Assembly: GCF_006345805.1 (NCBI RefSeq)
Contig: NW_021833553.1
Coordinates: 1-28,360 of the forward strand
DNA from: Octopus sinensis
Lineage: Eukaryota
Direction of reading: 5' to 3'
DNA: 28,360 nt
Shown here piece by piece: positions 1-12,867 of this stretch. Within the stretch, counting starts at the first letter, position 1, and the number at the start of each line of letters is the position of its first letter. The position numbers were made by a program, and so were the translations under genes. The notes beneath the pieces are model-generated. The model made no database searches. It saw only the letters and a program-made list of their open reading frames with translations, and was not told the DNA's origin.

Positions 1-45
1 CCTGTTACTGAGTGTTTGCAGTCCTCTGATGTTCAGTAGGAGCAT
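1..45 (-). CDS. First codons of LINE ORF2 (APE endonuclease N-terminus), truncated by the window edge
   Basis: ATG at 45-43 reads MLLLNIRGLQTLSNR, matching the APE 'LNxxGL' start and IFLLNVEGL at 20908. Confidence 0.65.
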   Translation of the reverse strand, partial: MLLLNIRGLQTLSNR

Positions 46-930
46 CGAGGTTGAGGTGTACGTTGTTGCCGGCGGTGTCCATCCTGTGTCTGTTTGCTGT
101 GGTGGTCTGGTATATAGTGGTTATCCCCCCTGCGGGCTTGGGTTTGATGAAGCCAGGTCAGCTGCCGTACAATCTTTTGTGCCATGCACAAAAAAGATTG
201 TTGCTCAGCAGCTGTTTTTTTGACAACATCATGTTGGCTGTTTGTGGCGCGCACAACATCTGCGTACCTCCGCTTTGGGGCAGGTGGTGCGTGGTCCATC
301 CCTTTTCTTTGTGTTGATGGTTTGTCCATCTGCCTTGTGTCTCTGTGGCAGGGTCCCCGATGTGCAAAGCGGCAGCCTGCACCTTCCTTTCCATGCCAGC
401 AGGAACCTCTCAGGTAGAACATACACACCCGTGTGCGCTGTTTGGTTCCATCCTTTGCGGTTCCACTTCTATTTCTGGTTGTTTCACACTTTGGTCTGCT
501 TGAGCTTTTTTTCTTTTCCTTTAGCTCTTCCAGTCCTTCTTTTAGTTCTTCTTCCTCCCTCTACCTCTTCACCGGGTTCTCCGTCTCCATGGCCCTTGCT
601 GCCGGTTGGAGAACTTGCACCTGGTTTCACTTCCCGGCAGGTCTCATTCAAACCTCCTCCCGGGCGTCCACCAGGTGGGGGTGACTTCTTTCATCGTCTC
701 CATTCCTTGCCATCTTTGCCTCCGCTCGTTCTCAAAGATCGCATCAAGTGCGCCAATGTGCGACCGTACAAGCGCATATGAGCGCACGAATTCCTGTCTC
801 TTTCGCTCCATCTGAGCGCTGTCTCTTGTAGCCTCTGCTCTTCAGCGCAGCCGCAATCACCTCCTAGGGCTATCTCCGCCGGCGCACTCCCATGCTCGTA
901 ACGAATAAATCCAGCTCGTCACGTCTCCAT
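33..930 (-). pseudogene. LINE ORF1 with CCCH-type zinc finger (C-x7-C-x8-C-x3-H), frameshifted
   Basis: ORF 33..428 plus upstream fragments in other frames; homologous to 20342..20920. Confidence 0.7.
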
Positions 931-960
931 GCTTGGACATGCTGTATAATCCGTCTATCA

Positions 961-3001
<2,041 letters not shown>

Positions 3002-3405
3002 GCCCAAGCAATACACATACATACACTTTTATTATGCTATGAAAGACTGTAGAGAATAAAACATACGACTTAAAAGTTTGGTTGCTGTTTTGTTACATAT
3101 TTAGAAGCTGGTTATTGATTTACTTATTGAATTTATTTACAGATACTGTTGTACATAGGGTAAATGTGTTTGAAAATTGTAGGTTTTTTTGGGTGGTGGG
3201 GTATGTTTGTTCCCAAGCAACACTTATTTTAGTGCTGTTGACACTGTCGGATTAAATGGTACTGCCCGGGTGTCAAAACCATAATGATATCCGTGGGGAA
3301 GCTGATGATGGAGGTATGTTGGACTGTTGATATGTCTGCTTTTTGTTTATGTGGAATAGTGTTATAAATCATCATTTTGATATAAATAAATAAATAAATA
3401 AATAT

Positions 3406-3623
3406 ACTCTTTTACTTGTTTCAGTCATTTGACTGTGGCCATGCTGGAGCACCACCTTTAGTCAAGCAAATCGACCACAGGACTTATTCTTTCTAAGTCT
3501 AATACTTATTCTATCGGTCTGTTTTGCCGAACCGCTAAGTAACGGGGACGTAAACACATCACCATCGGTTGTCAAGCGATGTTGGGGGAATAAACACAGA
3601 CATACAAACACAAATACACATAC

Positions 3624-3664
<41 letters not shown>

Positions 3665-3805
3665 CGACGGGCTTCTTTCAGTTTCTGTCTACCAAATCCA
3701 CTCACAAGGCTTTGGTCGGCCCGAGGCTATAGTAGAAGACACTTGCCCAAGGTGCCATGCAGTGAGACTGAACCCGAAACCATGTGGTTGGTAAGCAAGC
3801 TACTT
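3406..3805 (-). mobile_element. tRNA-derived SINE lacking the first ~23 nt of its head
   Basis: Same sequence as copies at 10271, 17142 and 26915: B-box-like segment, core AAAGCCTTGTGAGTGGATTTGGTAGAC, internal (TA)n, tail CAAGTAAAAGAG. Confidence 0.9.
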
Positions 3806-4023
3806 TATTTCATAAATATTTGCCATGAAGGCATTGCAAAGAGGGTACGAACAAGAACAGACAAACATAAAAGGGTGAAGTAGCTGTAGCGATTAAATAT
3901 TTACAATTTTAAAATATAATAATTTAATAAATATGTTTATAACTTTTGACTATCTCTGAAGGATAGGCATCCGACCACCAGGGTAGACCCCTTGCTTTTT
4001 CTTTCCTGTTTTTGGCTTCCACT

Positions 4024-4982
4024 TACCTGGTGCCAAACACTCCCAGCTTCCTCGCCACAGGCTTCTATCTTCTCATGAATCTGTATCGTGACAGGTACCT
4101 TTTCTCCAGCCTGATCTTATTACTGAGGTGGAAACTAAAAAAGTTAACCAACCCGTGGCCGGATACAAAGGTACCCGACACTATGCCTCTCACACGCGTC
4201 TTCCATACTCTTTCTTTCAGTATGGCTACTATGCAGATAAAGCAAGCCTTCCTTTCCCTGTTATGAGCAGGAGGCGGCACAATCTCGATGATAGAATCAG
4301 CTGATAGCTTGGTAACAACAGTTGCTCTGCGAAAACTATCAGTTTCATTAATTCCGGACACTCCACAAATGCATGCATGACGGTTTCCCTATCCTGCCCG
4401 CACCTCAAACCTGTCGGTGAGATGGCACCTCCGTGCCTTGACAGTTTATCACGAACAGATAACGCCGCACGGAAGCACTGTCAAGCCAGAGATTTCTGGT
4501 AATTGTCTAGATACCCCGGCCCGAAAGTTCTCCGGAACATGTTGATTAACTGATTTTCATCGTAGACCAGGGTCTCCCCCAAGGCGTCTTCGGACTTAAC
4601 CTCCACTAACCCACTATAGAAATCTGCGGTGGAACTCTTGTTGCCAGCATTGCCCGCCTGAGAGAGTAGCTGAAGTGCCTGGCGGCACTCTAATTGCCAG
4701 TCCTCCAGCCTAGGCCTCTGCTTGATCCAATTACTAATGTCTGCTAAGGATGTTAATTGCGGAAGGTAGAACCGAACGTGCGGTGACCACACCTGCTCTC
4801 TATCCAGAGGTGCCTCGACCTTAACGCGAACTTTTGCATTCTCAGCCAAGGCATCCCAGCTTGGTCTCTGTAGCAACTATCACATGCATACCATATGATC
4901 TGAGGTCGTCGAGGAAACAAGCTTGCTTCCACTTCGAGCTCAGACCACGCACATTCAAACATCCAAGGTTAAGTGCAGTCAT
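4024..4982 (-). pseudogene. Remnant ORF2: ~41 aa of APE endonuclease joined to the post-RT C-terminal domain
   Basis: ATG 4982; ETKL at 4868-4857; then GMPWLRMQKFALRSRHL, EQVWSPHVRFYLPQL, KSLA*QCFRAALSVRDKL, RCGQDRETVMHAFVECP, KLSADSIIEIVPPP...RYRFMRR*KPV. No RT motifs are present. Confidence 0.8.
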
Positions 4983-6362
4983 TTAAAACAAAAGAAAAGC
5001 AAGGGTTCTACTTACCCTTTGACTTTTCTTTTTTTGGTGATGCTGGGGCTGACCTCACCTGCTCCTTCAAAAACTCCTTCAAATACCGCGGAAGATGTTC
5101 GCGATGGTCCTCGGATACCTACCCTTCATTTCATTATACAGTTTTTCTGATATCCAGGCACATCTCTCTTCGGGCTGCTGCAACAGCTCCACGGTGTGGC
5201 GCTTTTTTTAAAAAATATTTCCATAAAGTATCAAACTTTACCAGGGTTTTTGTTCTGTCTTTGTTCTTTTTTATTTTCTCTTTTGGGACAGTGGAGCAGG
5301 ATCTTTTTTTCTGTGGTGTGTTGTTTTTCTTCTTTTTTCTTTGTGGGGGATATGGATGGGGAAGGTGCATGTGTTCTCTTTTTTCTGGGTGTCTTGAACC
5401 CCCTCGGTCACCTCCATGCTGTCTTCCAGAGGAGTTGTTACTTCAGAGAGGGGTGGGTGCATTTGTTTCTGTTGGGACCAGTGTGTGCATGGCCTGGGGT
5501 TTTTGGGTGTTTTTTTGGGAGCAGGTGCCACAGATGGTGGGGTGGGAGTATTTGTTTCTGTGGGGGCTAATTTGTGTGCGGGTTTTTCTGTAGTTGAAGG
5601 GCCTGATGTCTGCGCACTTATTTTCTTTTTTTCCATATTTCACAGTCTACGCGAATGTGGCCTTTTTGCCACATTCGAAACACGTGGGCTTTTTGCCCTC
5701 TACTTGAATCTTGAGGGCAATATCTTTCCCCAAGAGCACTCTTTCTGGCAGCATTTCGATGTCTTCTTGTGTTCCATGAATAATCGCAGAGATGCTCTGC
5801 CCTTGCCAATTTTGTGGGGCAGTGCATGTGATTTGGAGGAAGGTGATTTTGTCCGTCCTGTTATACAACAGGGCGGCCATCACCTCCCTTGCCTCAGTTT
5901 CTGATGGTACTTCATTTATTCTGACGTGTGTTGTTCTCCTTCCATGTATGTTGGGAGCAGCACCACCTCCTTCGTTTTCAGAGGAGTCACTGAGTGCTCT
6001 TGGGCTTTTTCGGTCGTCTCAAATCTGGCCTCTATTGTTCCATATGCCCGGCACCTCGCTATGTATTTTATATCTTTCCATATAGGGACCAGACATTTTT
6101 CTATTTCGCACTTTTCGAAGTGCTTGAATTTTTTCGATGAAGGACAGTACGTTTTGTAAACGACTGTCCTTCTCTTCAGATTTTCAACACTAGGGGAGGG
6201 TGAGATCTTTATATCCCCACCCTCCTCTTTCATTCTCTCAAAAAGCTCGGAGAGCTTCTCCGTTTGTATTACTACATATTTGCACGATACAGCGACTACT
6301 AGCGCGAGCTTTTTTGCTGGCTCATGCAGCTGGTTTGTTTCTTGAATTATTTCGACCGACAT
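4983..6362 (-). pseudogene. Tx1-like ORF1 (Gag-like nucleic-acid-binding protein), frameshifted
   Basis: Fragments 5916..6362, 5647..5883 and 5271..5636 join through frameshifts. PTCFECGKK(G)HIRVDC is a CX2CX4HX4C knuckle broken by a 1-nt deletion. TAA at 4985-4983. Confidence 0.75.
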
Positions 6363-6384
6363 AATTCGTTCGAAATAAATTTAA

Positions 6385-6700
6385 TCCCAGAAAATGGGAA
6401 ACCTATAATTTTTTACTTTTTTTTCTCAGCGAGGACAACAGTTCAAATCCCACCCCCGCTGGGGGGCCAGACGTAATAACAAAGCCTATAACGTTCGAAA
6501 TTTTTTTTTTCCAGAATAATAACAATACAGAATCCCTCCAAAAACGGGAAACCTATAATATTTTTTTTCTCACAACGAGGACACCAGTTCAAATCTCACC
6601 CTCGCTAGGGGCGGATGCTACAATAGAGCCTACAACGGCTAAAATTTAATTTTTCAAGCAATAATAAATTGCTTGTCCCCCAAAACGGGAAAGTTTAGGG
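6385..6700. repeat. ~2.2 imperfect tandem copies of a 141-150 bp unit upstream of Tx1 ORF1
   Basis: GGGAAACCTATAAT at 6396 and 6546, GGGAAAG at 6687; CGAGGACA(A/C)CAGTTCAAAT in the first two units. Confidence 0.8.
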
Positions 6701-6777
6701 ATAATAGCTATAAAATTATTGAAAGTTGAGATAGTGAGAAAAGGAGTGGCAAAAAGTGTCTAATTCAGTAGCAGAAG

Positions 6778-8042
6778 TACGAGGGACGTTCAATAAGTCC
6801 CTGAACCACTTGCAGTTGTTTGATCTAACTGCAATTTTGCATGTGCAATTATTTATATCTATACAGATTAAGTGGCAAATTACAGCTCTGAACTAATTGT
6901 GGTTTCTGATTTACAGGTGTTTGAACTGAGTCAAGTGTGAAATGGAGCCTGTTGAGTATCGAGCAGTGATCCGGTTTTTTGTATTTGAAAGGATGCACAC
7001 CACGGGAGACTTTTGATGAAATGAAAGTAACTTATGGTGATGATGCCCCATCATATGACCTTGTAAAACGCTGTCATCGTGAATTCAAACATGTTCGGAA
7101 CTCTGTGGAAACAGCTCCCACATCTGGTCGCCCCCCTTCTGCCATTGATGAGGCATCTGTCCGTCAAGTTGAGGCTGCCATTTTGGAAGATCGACGCATA
7201 ACTATTCGCCAAATAGCCCATGAGGTCAAGATTAGTACCGGGTCTGTGGAAACTATCATTCATGACCATTTGCATATGCAAAAGGTGTCTGCCAGATGGA
7301 TTCCCAGGTTGCTCACACCTTTCCAGAAGCAAGAAAGCGTCGAGTACTCGAGGATGAATTTGGAGATGTGCCAAGAAGATGAGTCAAAATTTTTCAAAAG
7401 ACTGATTACACAGGATGAAACCTGGGTCCATCACTATGGTCCAGAGACCAAAGCCCAGTCAATGCAGTAGAAGCACCGTGACTCATCTCCTCCAAAGAAG
7501 GCAAGGATGCAGCCCTCCGCTGGCAAGGTCATGCTCACAGTCTTCTGGGACCAGGACAGAGTAGTGATGACAGATTTCCTGGCAAAGGGTACCACAATTA
7601 CAGGAGCCTATTATGCTTCACTTTTGAGGAAATTAAGAGAAGTTATCAAAATCAAGAGTAGGGGCAAGATCAGCAAAGGCATCCTCCTCCTGCAGGACAA
7701 CGCTCCGGTCCACAACTCGCGTGTCGCCAGATCAGAAGCACAGGCAGGCAGCTATGAACTCCTCCCCTACTCTCCTGACCTTGCACCCTCTGATTTTCAC
7801 CTCTTCCCAGCCATGAAGTTGTTCTTGAAAAGAAAGCGTTTCCCAGATGATGCAGCCTTGATTTCTGAAGTCACGTCGTGGTTGGAGACAAAAACGGTCT
7901 CCAGAGCTGCATCAAACGATGGGAGAAATGCGTAACTCTGGGTGGTTCCTATGTAGAAAAAGACTAATAACGGTACCAAGTTTCGTTGCTCTACTGCTAT
8001 GGGAAGTGGGTCATGAGCATTACTTATTGAACGCCCCTCGTA
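6778..8042 (+). mobile_element. Complete mariner (Tc1/mariner; irritans/Himar-like) transposon with TIRs and TA target duplication
   Basis: Left TACGAGGGACGTTCAATAAGT, right ACTTATTGAACGCCCCTCGTA; TA at 6778-79 and 8041-42; ~1.26 kb. Confidence 0.95.
6942..7935 (+). pseudogene. Mariner transposase, inactivated
   Basis: MEPVEYRAVIRF..; SGRP, WIPRLLT, QDETW, LLQDNAPVH, PYSPDLAPSD motifs; +1 frameshift near 6975, TAG at 7468-70, 9-nt deletion before PYSPD. Confidence 0.93.
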
Positions 8043-8349
8043 TGTAGAAAGGTATGAGAGAAGATAGAGAATTTAGGGTTAGGGCTAGTGACAGGATGTT
8101 TCTCAGTTTTAGACGCAGCAAATGATTTTAGCTCAGATGAGGGCATAGGATTGGTTAAAATTCGAAAAATTAAACTACGTTAAACTTACAAATTACAATT
8201 TTCTCAAGAAAGCTAAGAGAAAAAATGTTTTATTTTGACACATTCTACCAGTATACGAAGTTTTAAAGTGTTTAGTTAACTAGAAATTGTGTTGAAAACT
8301 GCCGTTCAAAAGGAAAAGATTCACATTCAGCAAGCATCGTATCCATCAA

Positions 8350-10190
8350 CTTTTATGCCAAACAGAAGCCGGTTAAACTTGTACAAACCTTTATGTGTAT
8401 TGATTGTTAGTAGATTCTAATCTACTAAAAAAAAAACATTCGTTTTCCACTTGTACTTGTAAGTAGGCATCAGACAGATCTAATTTTGAGAACAATTTAG
8501 CACTGTTTAGTTTCGAGATTTCTTCTGGGTTAAGTAATGGGTAGTTATACTGTTTTAAACAGTCGTTTAGTCCCGTCGAGAATTCTGCGCAAACACGTAT
8601 TTTATCGTTCTTCTTTATAACGTATACAGTTGGACTCGCCCAATCTGAGTAATCGAGCTTTTCAATCAGTCCCATTTTTTCCAGTCTGTCCTTATTCACT
8701 TGTTCCAATTGCTGCAAACGATATATTACGTTTGGGTTTGAAAACTGGTAAGGCATTTTCTTTCACCTGAAACTTGGCTTTCGATTTATTGCACTGGCCC
8801 AACTCGTCCGGGGAAACATCAGGGAACAACCTTTTCACTTCTTTTTTAAAATTCTATGACTTTGTATTTGAACTGGCGCACGACCCCATTACATTTTTAT
8901 AAAAATTAGTTTTGGTTAAATCGCATAAGTCGAATAGTTCCATCCAGTCAGTTCCCAAAAGGTTGTTTGTATTTTTTAATGCATAAGTTTTCGTTTTTAT
9001 AGTCTTACTGTGAAATATAACGTTACAAATAATTTTGCCTTTAAAAATTATTTTAATCCCCGAGACACCACGGGCAATTTTCGATGTTTTCTGCAGTGTA
9101 GATTTCCCAATTTTTTCCATGTTTTCAATAATTAATGTTATGTCACTGCCAGTATCTAACTATAAGTTTACATTTGTATTTTTAATTTTTACATACACAA
9201 ATTTCCTTTGAGGCTTGTTTGCATTTCTTGTCGCCGATAGACTGTCTACCTGATTTTTTTCTGTTGAACCGTATTCTAGGTTTTGCTTTACAGTGTAATT
9301 TTTTAATGACCTATCTTACCTAACTTGAAGCATTTTCGATTTTTATAAGGACAGTCGAATCTGTGGTGTAATTCTCCACATCCAAAGCATGGGTTAATTT
9401 TCTGCTTTTCATTTCTTACTTTCGGTCGTCCCGACTTTATATGGAAGCAGTTTCTTACTTCAATTAGTTCCGTATCGTGCCTTAGGTTTATTATTCTCTG
9501 GCATTCCTCAGATATTTCTTGTAGTGTGAGCTTCTAATTCTGCTCTAATTTAGTCAGATTTGGGTTACGAATTTCTGCGTCTTTCTTTGCCGTTAAACCT
9601 TGCACGAAAATTAACCTTTAAGCATGCCTGGTGTTAATTCATTAATTCTAAATTTCTTGCACTCCTTATTAACGATTCCAGTGTATGTAATAAAATCTTC
9701 GCCCTCTTTTTTTGTAATATTCGTGCATTGCCAGCGTGTATCAAATAAAGAGCTTTTAATGCTGAAAATCTTTGAAAGGGTATCAAGTTTCGTTAAAACA
9801 GACTTCCCCTGGTCTCTTGTAGTATTTTTCGTGTTAAGCTGGACTTAACAAAAGTCGTTTTTCTTATCTTGCCAGTCCGAAGACTCTTCTTTTAAAATCT
9901 TCTCGTACCTTCTGTAGTACACAGGAAAGGAAATACCCCCATCTGAGTTATATGTAAATTCACCGATGGACTTTGCGACCGTATCAGGGGTGAACGAAAT
10001 CGATGTATTTTCTGTTTTGTTGAGCAGCAGCTGTTTTAGCTGTTTTGGCTGTTGTTGCTGTTGTTGCTGTTGTTGCTGCTTCTGTAATTCAGTTACTGAA
10101 GCTAGTAATTCTTCCATGTTCCAAACAACAATCTATCCTCGTCGCATTGTTATGTCTTCAAGAGTTTTGAATATCTCGTTGCCAATAAAG
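8350..10190 (-). mobile_element. Gypsy LTR retrotransposon fragment (K02A2.6/Mag-like): gag, protease, N-terminal RT; degenerate
   Basis: Gag FTYNSDGGISFPVYYRRYE; knuckle CFGCGELHHRFDCPYKNRKC (~9330-9390); protease LDTGSDIT (~9150); RT WASPTVYV..IRVCAEFSTGLN..KLDLSDAYLQ..THKGLYKFNRLLFGIK. It stops before YxDD. PBS-like TGGCAACGAGAT at 10184-10173; no LTR identified. Confidence 0.88.
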
Positions 10191-10270
10191 TTATGATGAC
10201 ATTGGGTGGGGGGGGGGTGCCGTGCACAAGGGTGTAGGAATAGTATTACTCCCAAAAATATTTGGACATA

Positions 10271-10507
10271 CTTTTTACTCTTTTACTCGTTTTAGTCATT
10301 TGACTGCGGCCATGCTGGAGCACCGCCTTTAATCGAGCAACTCGACCCCGGGACTTATTCTTTTGTAAGCCCAGTACTTATTCTATCGGTCTCTTTTGCC
10401 GAACCGCTAAGTAACGGGGACATAAACATACCAGCATCGGTTGTCAAGCAATGCTAGGGGGACAAACACAGACACACAAACACACACACGCATATATATA
10501 TAATATA

Positions 10508-10553
<46 letters not shown>

Positions 10554-10719
10554 TACGACGGGCTTCTTTCAGTTTCCGTCTATCAAATCCACTCACAAGG
10601 CTTTGGTCGGCCCAAGGCTATAGTAGAAGACACTTGCCCAAGGTGCCACGCAGTGGGACTGAACTCGGAACCATGTGGTTGGTAAATAAGCTACTTACCA
10701 CACAGCCACTCCTGCGCCT
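10271..10719 (-). mobile_element. Full-length tRNA-derived SINE
   Basis: Head AGGCGCAGGAGTGGCTGTGTGGT (A-box-like), GGTTCCGAGTTCAGTCCC (B-box-like), core, internal (TA)n, tail (AAAAGAGT)n. Confidence 0.93.
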
Positions 10720-10970
10720 AGATAACATGGTTATCTAGAATAACATTTCACAGAATTAATATGTTCACACAGAACGTACTCTGTACTATGCCGGACGTAG
10801 GAACGATATGAAACTAATACGGTAATCCAATAATAACGATTAACGCTGTCAACTGCCGACCGTTCACAGTTTCTTTATTTTATTGAAATGCGTCGGTCCA
10901 CTTTTGGTCACATGGGGGTTTTCATGACCCTTCTACAACATATGTATACATACATGCATACATACATACA

Positions 10971-11297
10971 TACGTCGAACTATTGAGAAACCTGAAGTTA
11001 CTCTATCCAGATTACAAGTTCAGATTTATACCTGTAATTATTGGGACCCTGGGATATGTAACACTGACTTAATACCAATCTTGAGAAATTAGGTTTTTCA
11101 AAACCAGAAAGTAGAAAGCTGATTCCAATCCATCACTGGAACTGTAGAAATCTGTAAAACCTTCCAGAAGTTTATCATTTAAGTATATATGATTATGTCT
11201 AGATATGCAACTATATGCATGAGAATATATAAAGCAAAACATACAAATCTGCACACATACATACATACATACATACATACATACATACATACATACA

Positions 11298-11329
<32 letters not shown>

Positions 11330-11450
11330 CATACATGCGTACGTACGTTTGCACCCTTTTGATGTTGAAATTCCACTGGAGGAGCCTTGGATCTACGTTA
11401 GAAACAAGCTCTTTCTATATTGGCAAGAAATCTTTAAATAAAACTGAATA
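10971..11450 (+). mobile_element. 3' end of an R4/Dong-like (restriction-like endonuclease) non-LTR retrotransposon, 5'-truncated
   Basis: Not in the ORF track. Manual translation gives YVELLRNLKLLYPDYKFRFIPVIIGTLGYVT / LNTNLEKLGFSKPESRKLI / ITGTVEICKTFQKFII* (TAA 11180-82), resembling the RLE C-terminus (KY..L...PIIIGALG). The 3' UTR end is approximate. Confidence 0.7.
11256..11336. repeat. (CATA)n microsatellite
   Basis: Directly visible. Confidence 0.97.
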
Positions 11451-11534
11451 TTCACATATATATATGTATATATTGTCAGTCTCTCATAATACCTAGTGAC
11501 GTGTACAATACTAGAGCGTTTGTAATATATATTA

Positions 11535-11734
11535 TCTTTTACTTGTTTCGGTCATTAGACTGCGGCCATGCTGGGACACTGCATTTAACACTTTGGTCAA
11601 ATGAATTGATCCCAATACTTATTTTTATAGCCTGGTACTTATTCTATCGGTCTCCTTGCCGAACCGCTAATTTACGGAGACGTAGACATATCAACACCAG
11701 TTGTCAACGTTGGTGGGACGGTACAAACACAGAC
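11535..11734 (-). mobile_element. Diverged SINE 3' half
   Basis: TCTTTTACTTGTTTCGGTCATTAGACTGCGGCCATGCTGG and TTATTCTATCGGTCTC match the SINE tail; followed by (CA)/(TA) tracts. Confidence 0.8.
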
Positions 11735-11824
11735 CAGACATGCACACATACGCGTGCACACACACGTACATGCACACACACACACATGTATGTGCGTGTG
11801 TGTATATATATATAATTATATGTA

Positions 11825-11894
<70 letters not shown>

Positions 11895-12777
11895 AACATT
11901 AAAAATGAAGTTCAATATTGCTGGGTTGCTTGCAATGTTACACAGCCAAACTGGCGCATAATAAAGTGTCCCTAAAAGGTGAATACAAACGGAATAAAAC
12001 AAGTTTCGCGTAAATCAGACCAGTGGCTATCGAGATATTCGGGGTTGGGGGGCATAACTACTCAAAACGGTGCATAATGGGAAAATATTCCGAAAATAAC
12101 TTAACCCTGAAAGGGAAGAAACTCTAATCATTCCACTAGACACATTATGATGGGCAAAATATTTTAAAGTGAAAATGACTTTAAAAATACGGTAAATATT
12201 TCGTAAAAGACCTGTTCGTAACCTAACCCATCCTGTGACCACGTAACAGCTATTTGCGATAACGGACCAGAAATAGATGTTACGTGGTAGCAGGACGTGC
12301 AAGAAATAGCAGCCAAATAGCTTTCCTTTTCTGGGGAAAGGAGCCGTTTACGCGTGATTTCGATGTCACATTCGTTGAAATCATGCGAAATAACATGGAA
12401 AAAAAATTCACGAAAAACAAAACTCTGTTGCTGGGAAACTCAGACTTCCCCGGTGGCCCAATGGGTTATAAATGTAGCTAATAGTGAGGGATTATTAATC
12501 CGGACAAAATACTTCATAAGCTCTCTGTTGGCACAGAGATAAATGTTTCCTCTTTAAGAGTACGTGTATAGGAAAAGGTTAAACGAAAGCGCTCACACAC
12601 TAGCAAAAAACTTATTCCCCAAAATAGGTTAGTAACATCCTCATATGAGATTTCATAACATTTTTTAAAATCACCTTTCCACTTGAAAAGCTGCATTAAG
12701 TAGTTCTCATAAACTTTCATAGATAGACAGACTTCTTTGTTTCCATCCATCAAATCTACAATTCTTTGGTCGGGTAT

Positions 12778-12867
12778 AATAGAAAACAGTTGCCCAAGGT
12801 GCCAAGCACTGGAACTAAACCCATGGTTGGAAAGCAAGCTTCTTACCACTCAGCCACACCTGCGCCT
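12778..12867 (-). mobile_element. SINE 5' head fragment
   Basis: TTGCCCAAGGTGCC...CCATGGTTGGAAAGCAAGCTTCTTACCACTCAGCCACACCTGCGCCT. Confidence 0.8.

Larger units (their letters stand above)
1..955 (-). mobile_element. CR1-like LINE, copy 1: 5' part (degenerate ORF1 and start of ORF2), continuing off the left edge
   Basis: Minus-strand translations IAAALKS..QMERKRQEFVRSYALVRSHIGALD, CMFYLRGSCWHGKEGAGCRFAH, RRYADVVR and AEQQSFLCMAQKIV align with the plus-strand ORF1 at 19990-20920. That ORF1 is followed by APE and RT sequence. Confidence 0.8.
3806..6700 (-). mobile_element. Tx1/L1-clade LINE, internally deleted and degenerate (5' repeats, ORF1, fused ORF2 ends, 3' UTR)
   Basis: Gag-like ORF1 with CCHC knuckle; ORF2 start MTALNLGCLNVRGL...ATETKL; L1-type C-terminus GMPWL..ALR.RHL and RCGQDRETVMHAFVEC; AATAAA at 3804-3809. 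Confidence 0.85.

Noticed and set aside
6741-6750. AAGGAGTGGC resembling the missing SINE head beyond the Tx1 5' end
   Set aside because: It is in the wrong orientation for a target-site remnant and only ~10 nt long.
8070-8083. TTTAGGGTTAGGG telomere-like motif
   Set aside because: Only two units, which is expected by chance.
8090-8345. Possible additional repeat between the mariner and the Gypsy fragment
   Set aside because: Single copy in this window with no coding or terminal signature, so it cannot be classified without a library search.
10660-10719. tRNA gene at SINE heads
   Set aside because: A- and B-box-like motifs are present, but there is no complete cloverleaf and the sequence runs into the SINE core.
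12027-12849. Several 60-110 aa ORFs
   Set aside because: No family motifs; the 12514..12849 ORF starts inside a SINE head.
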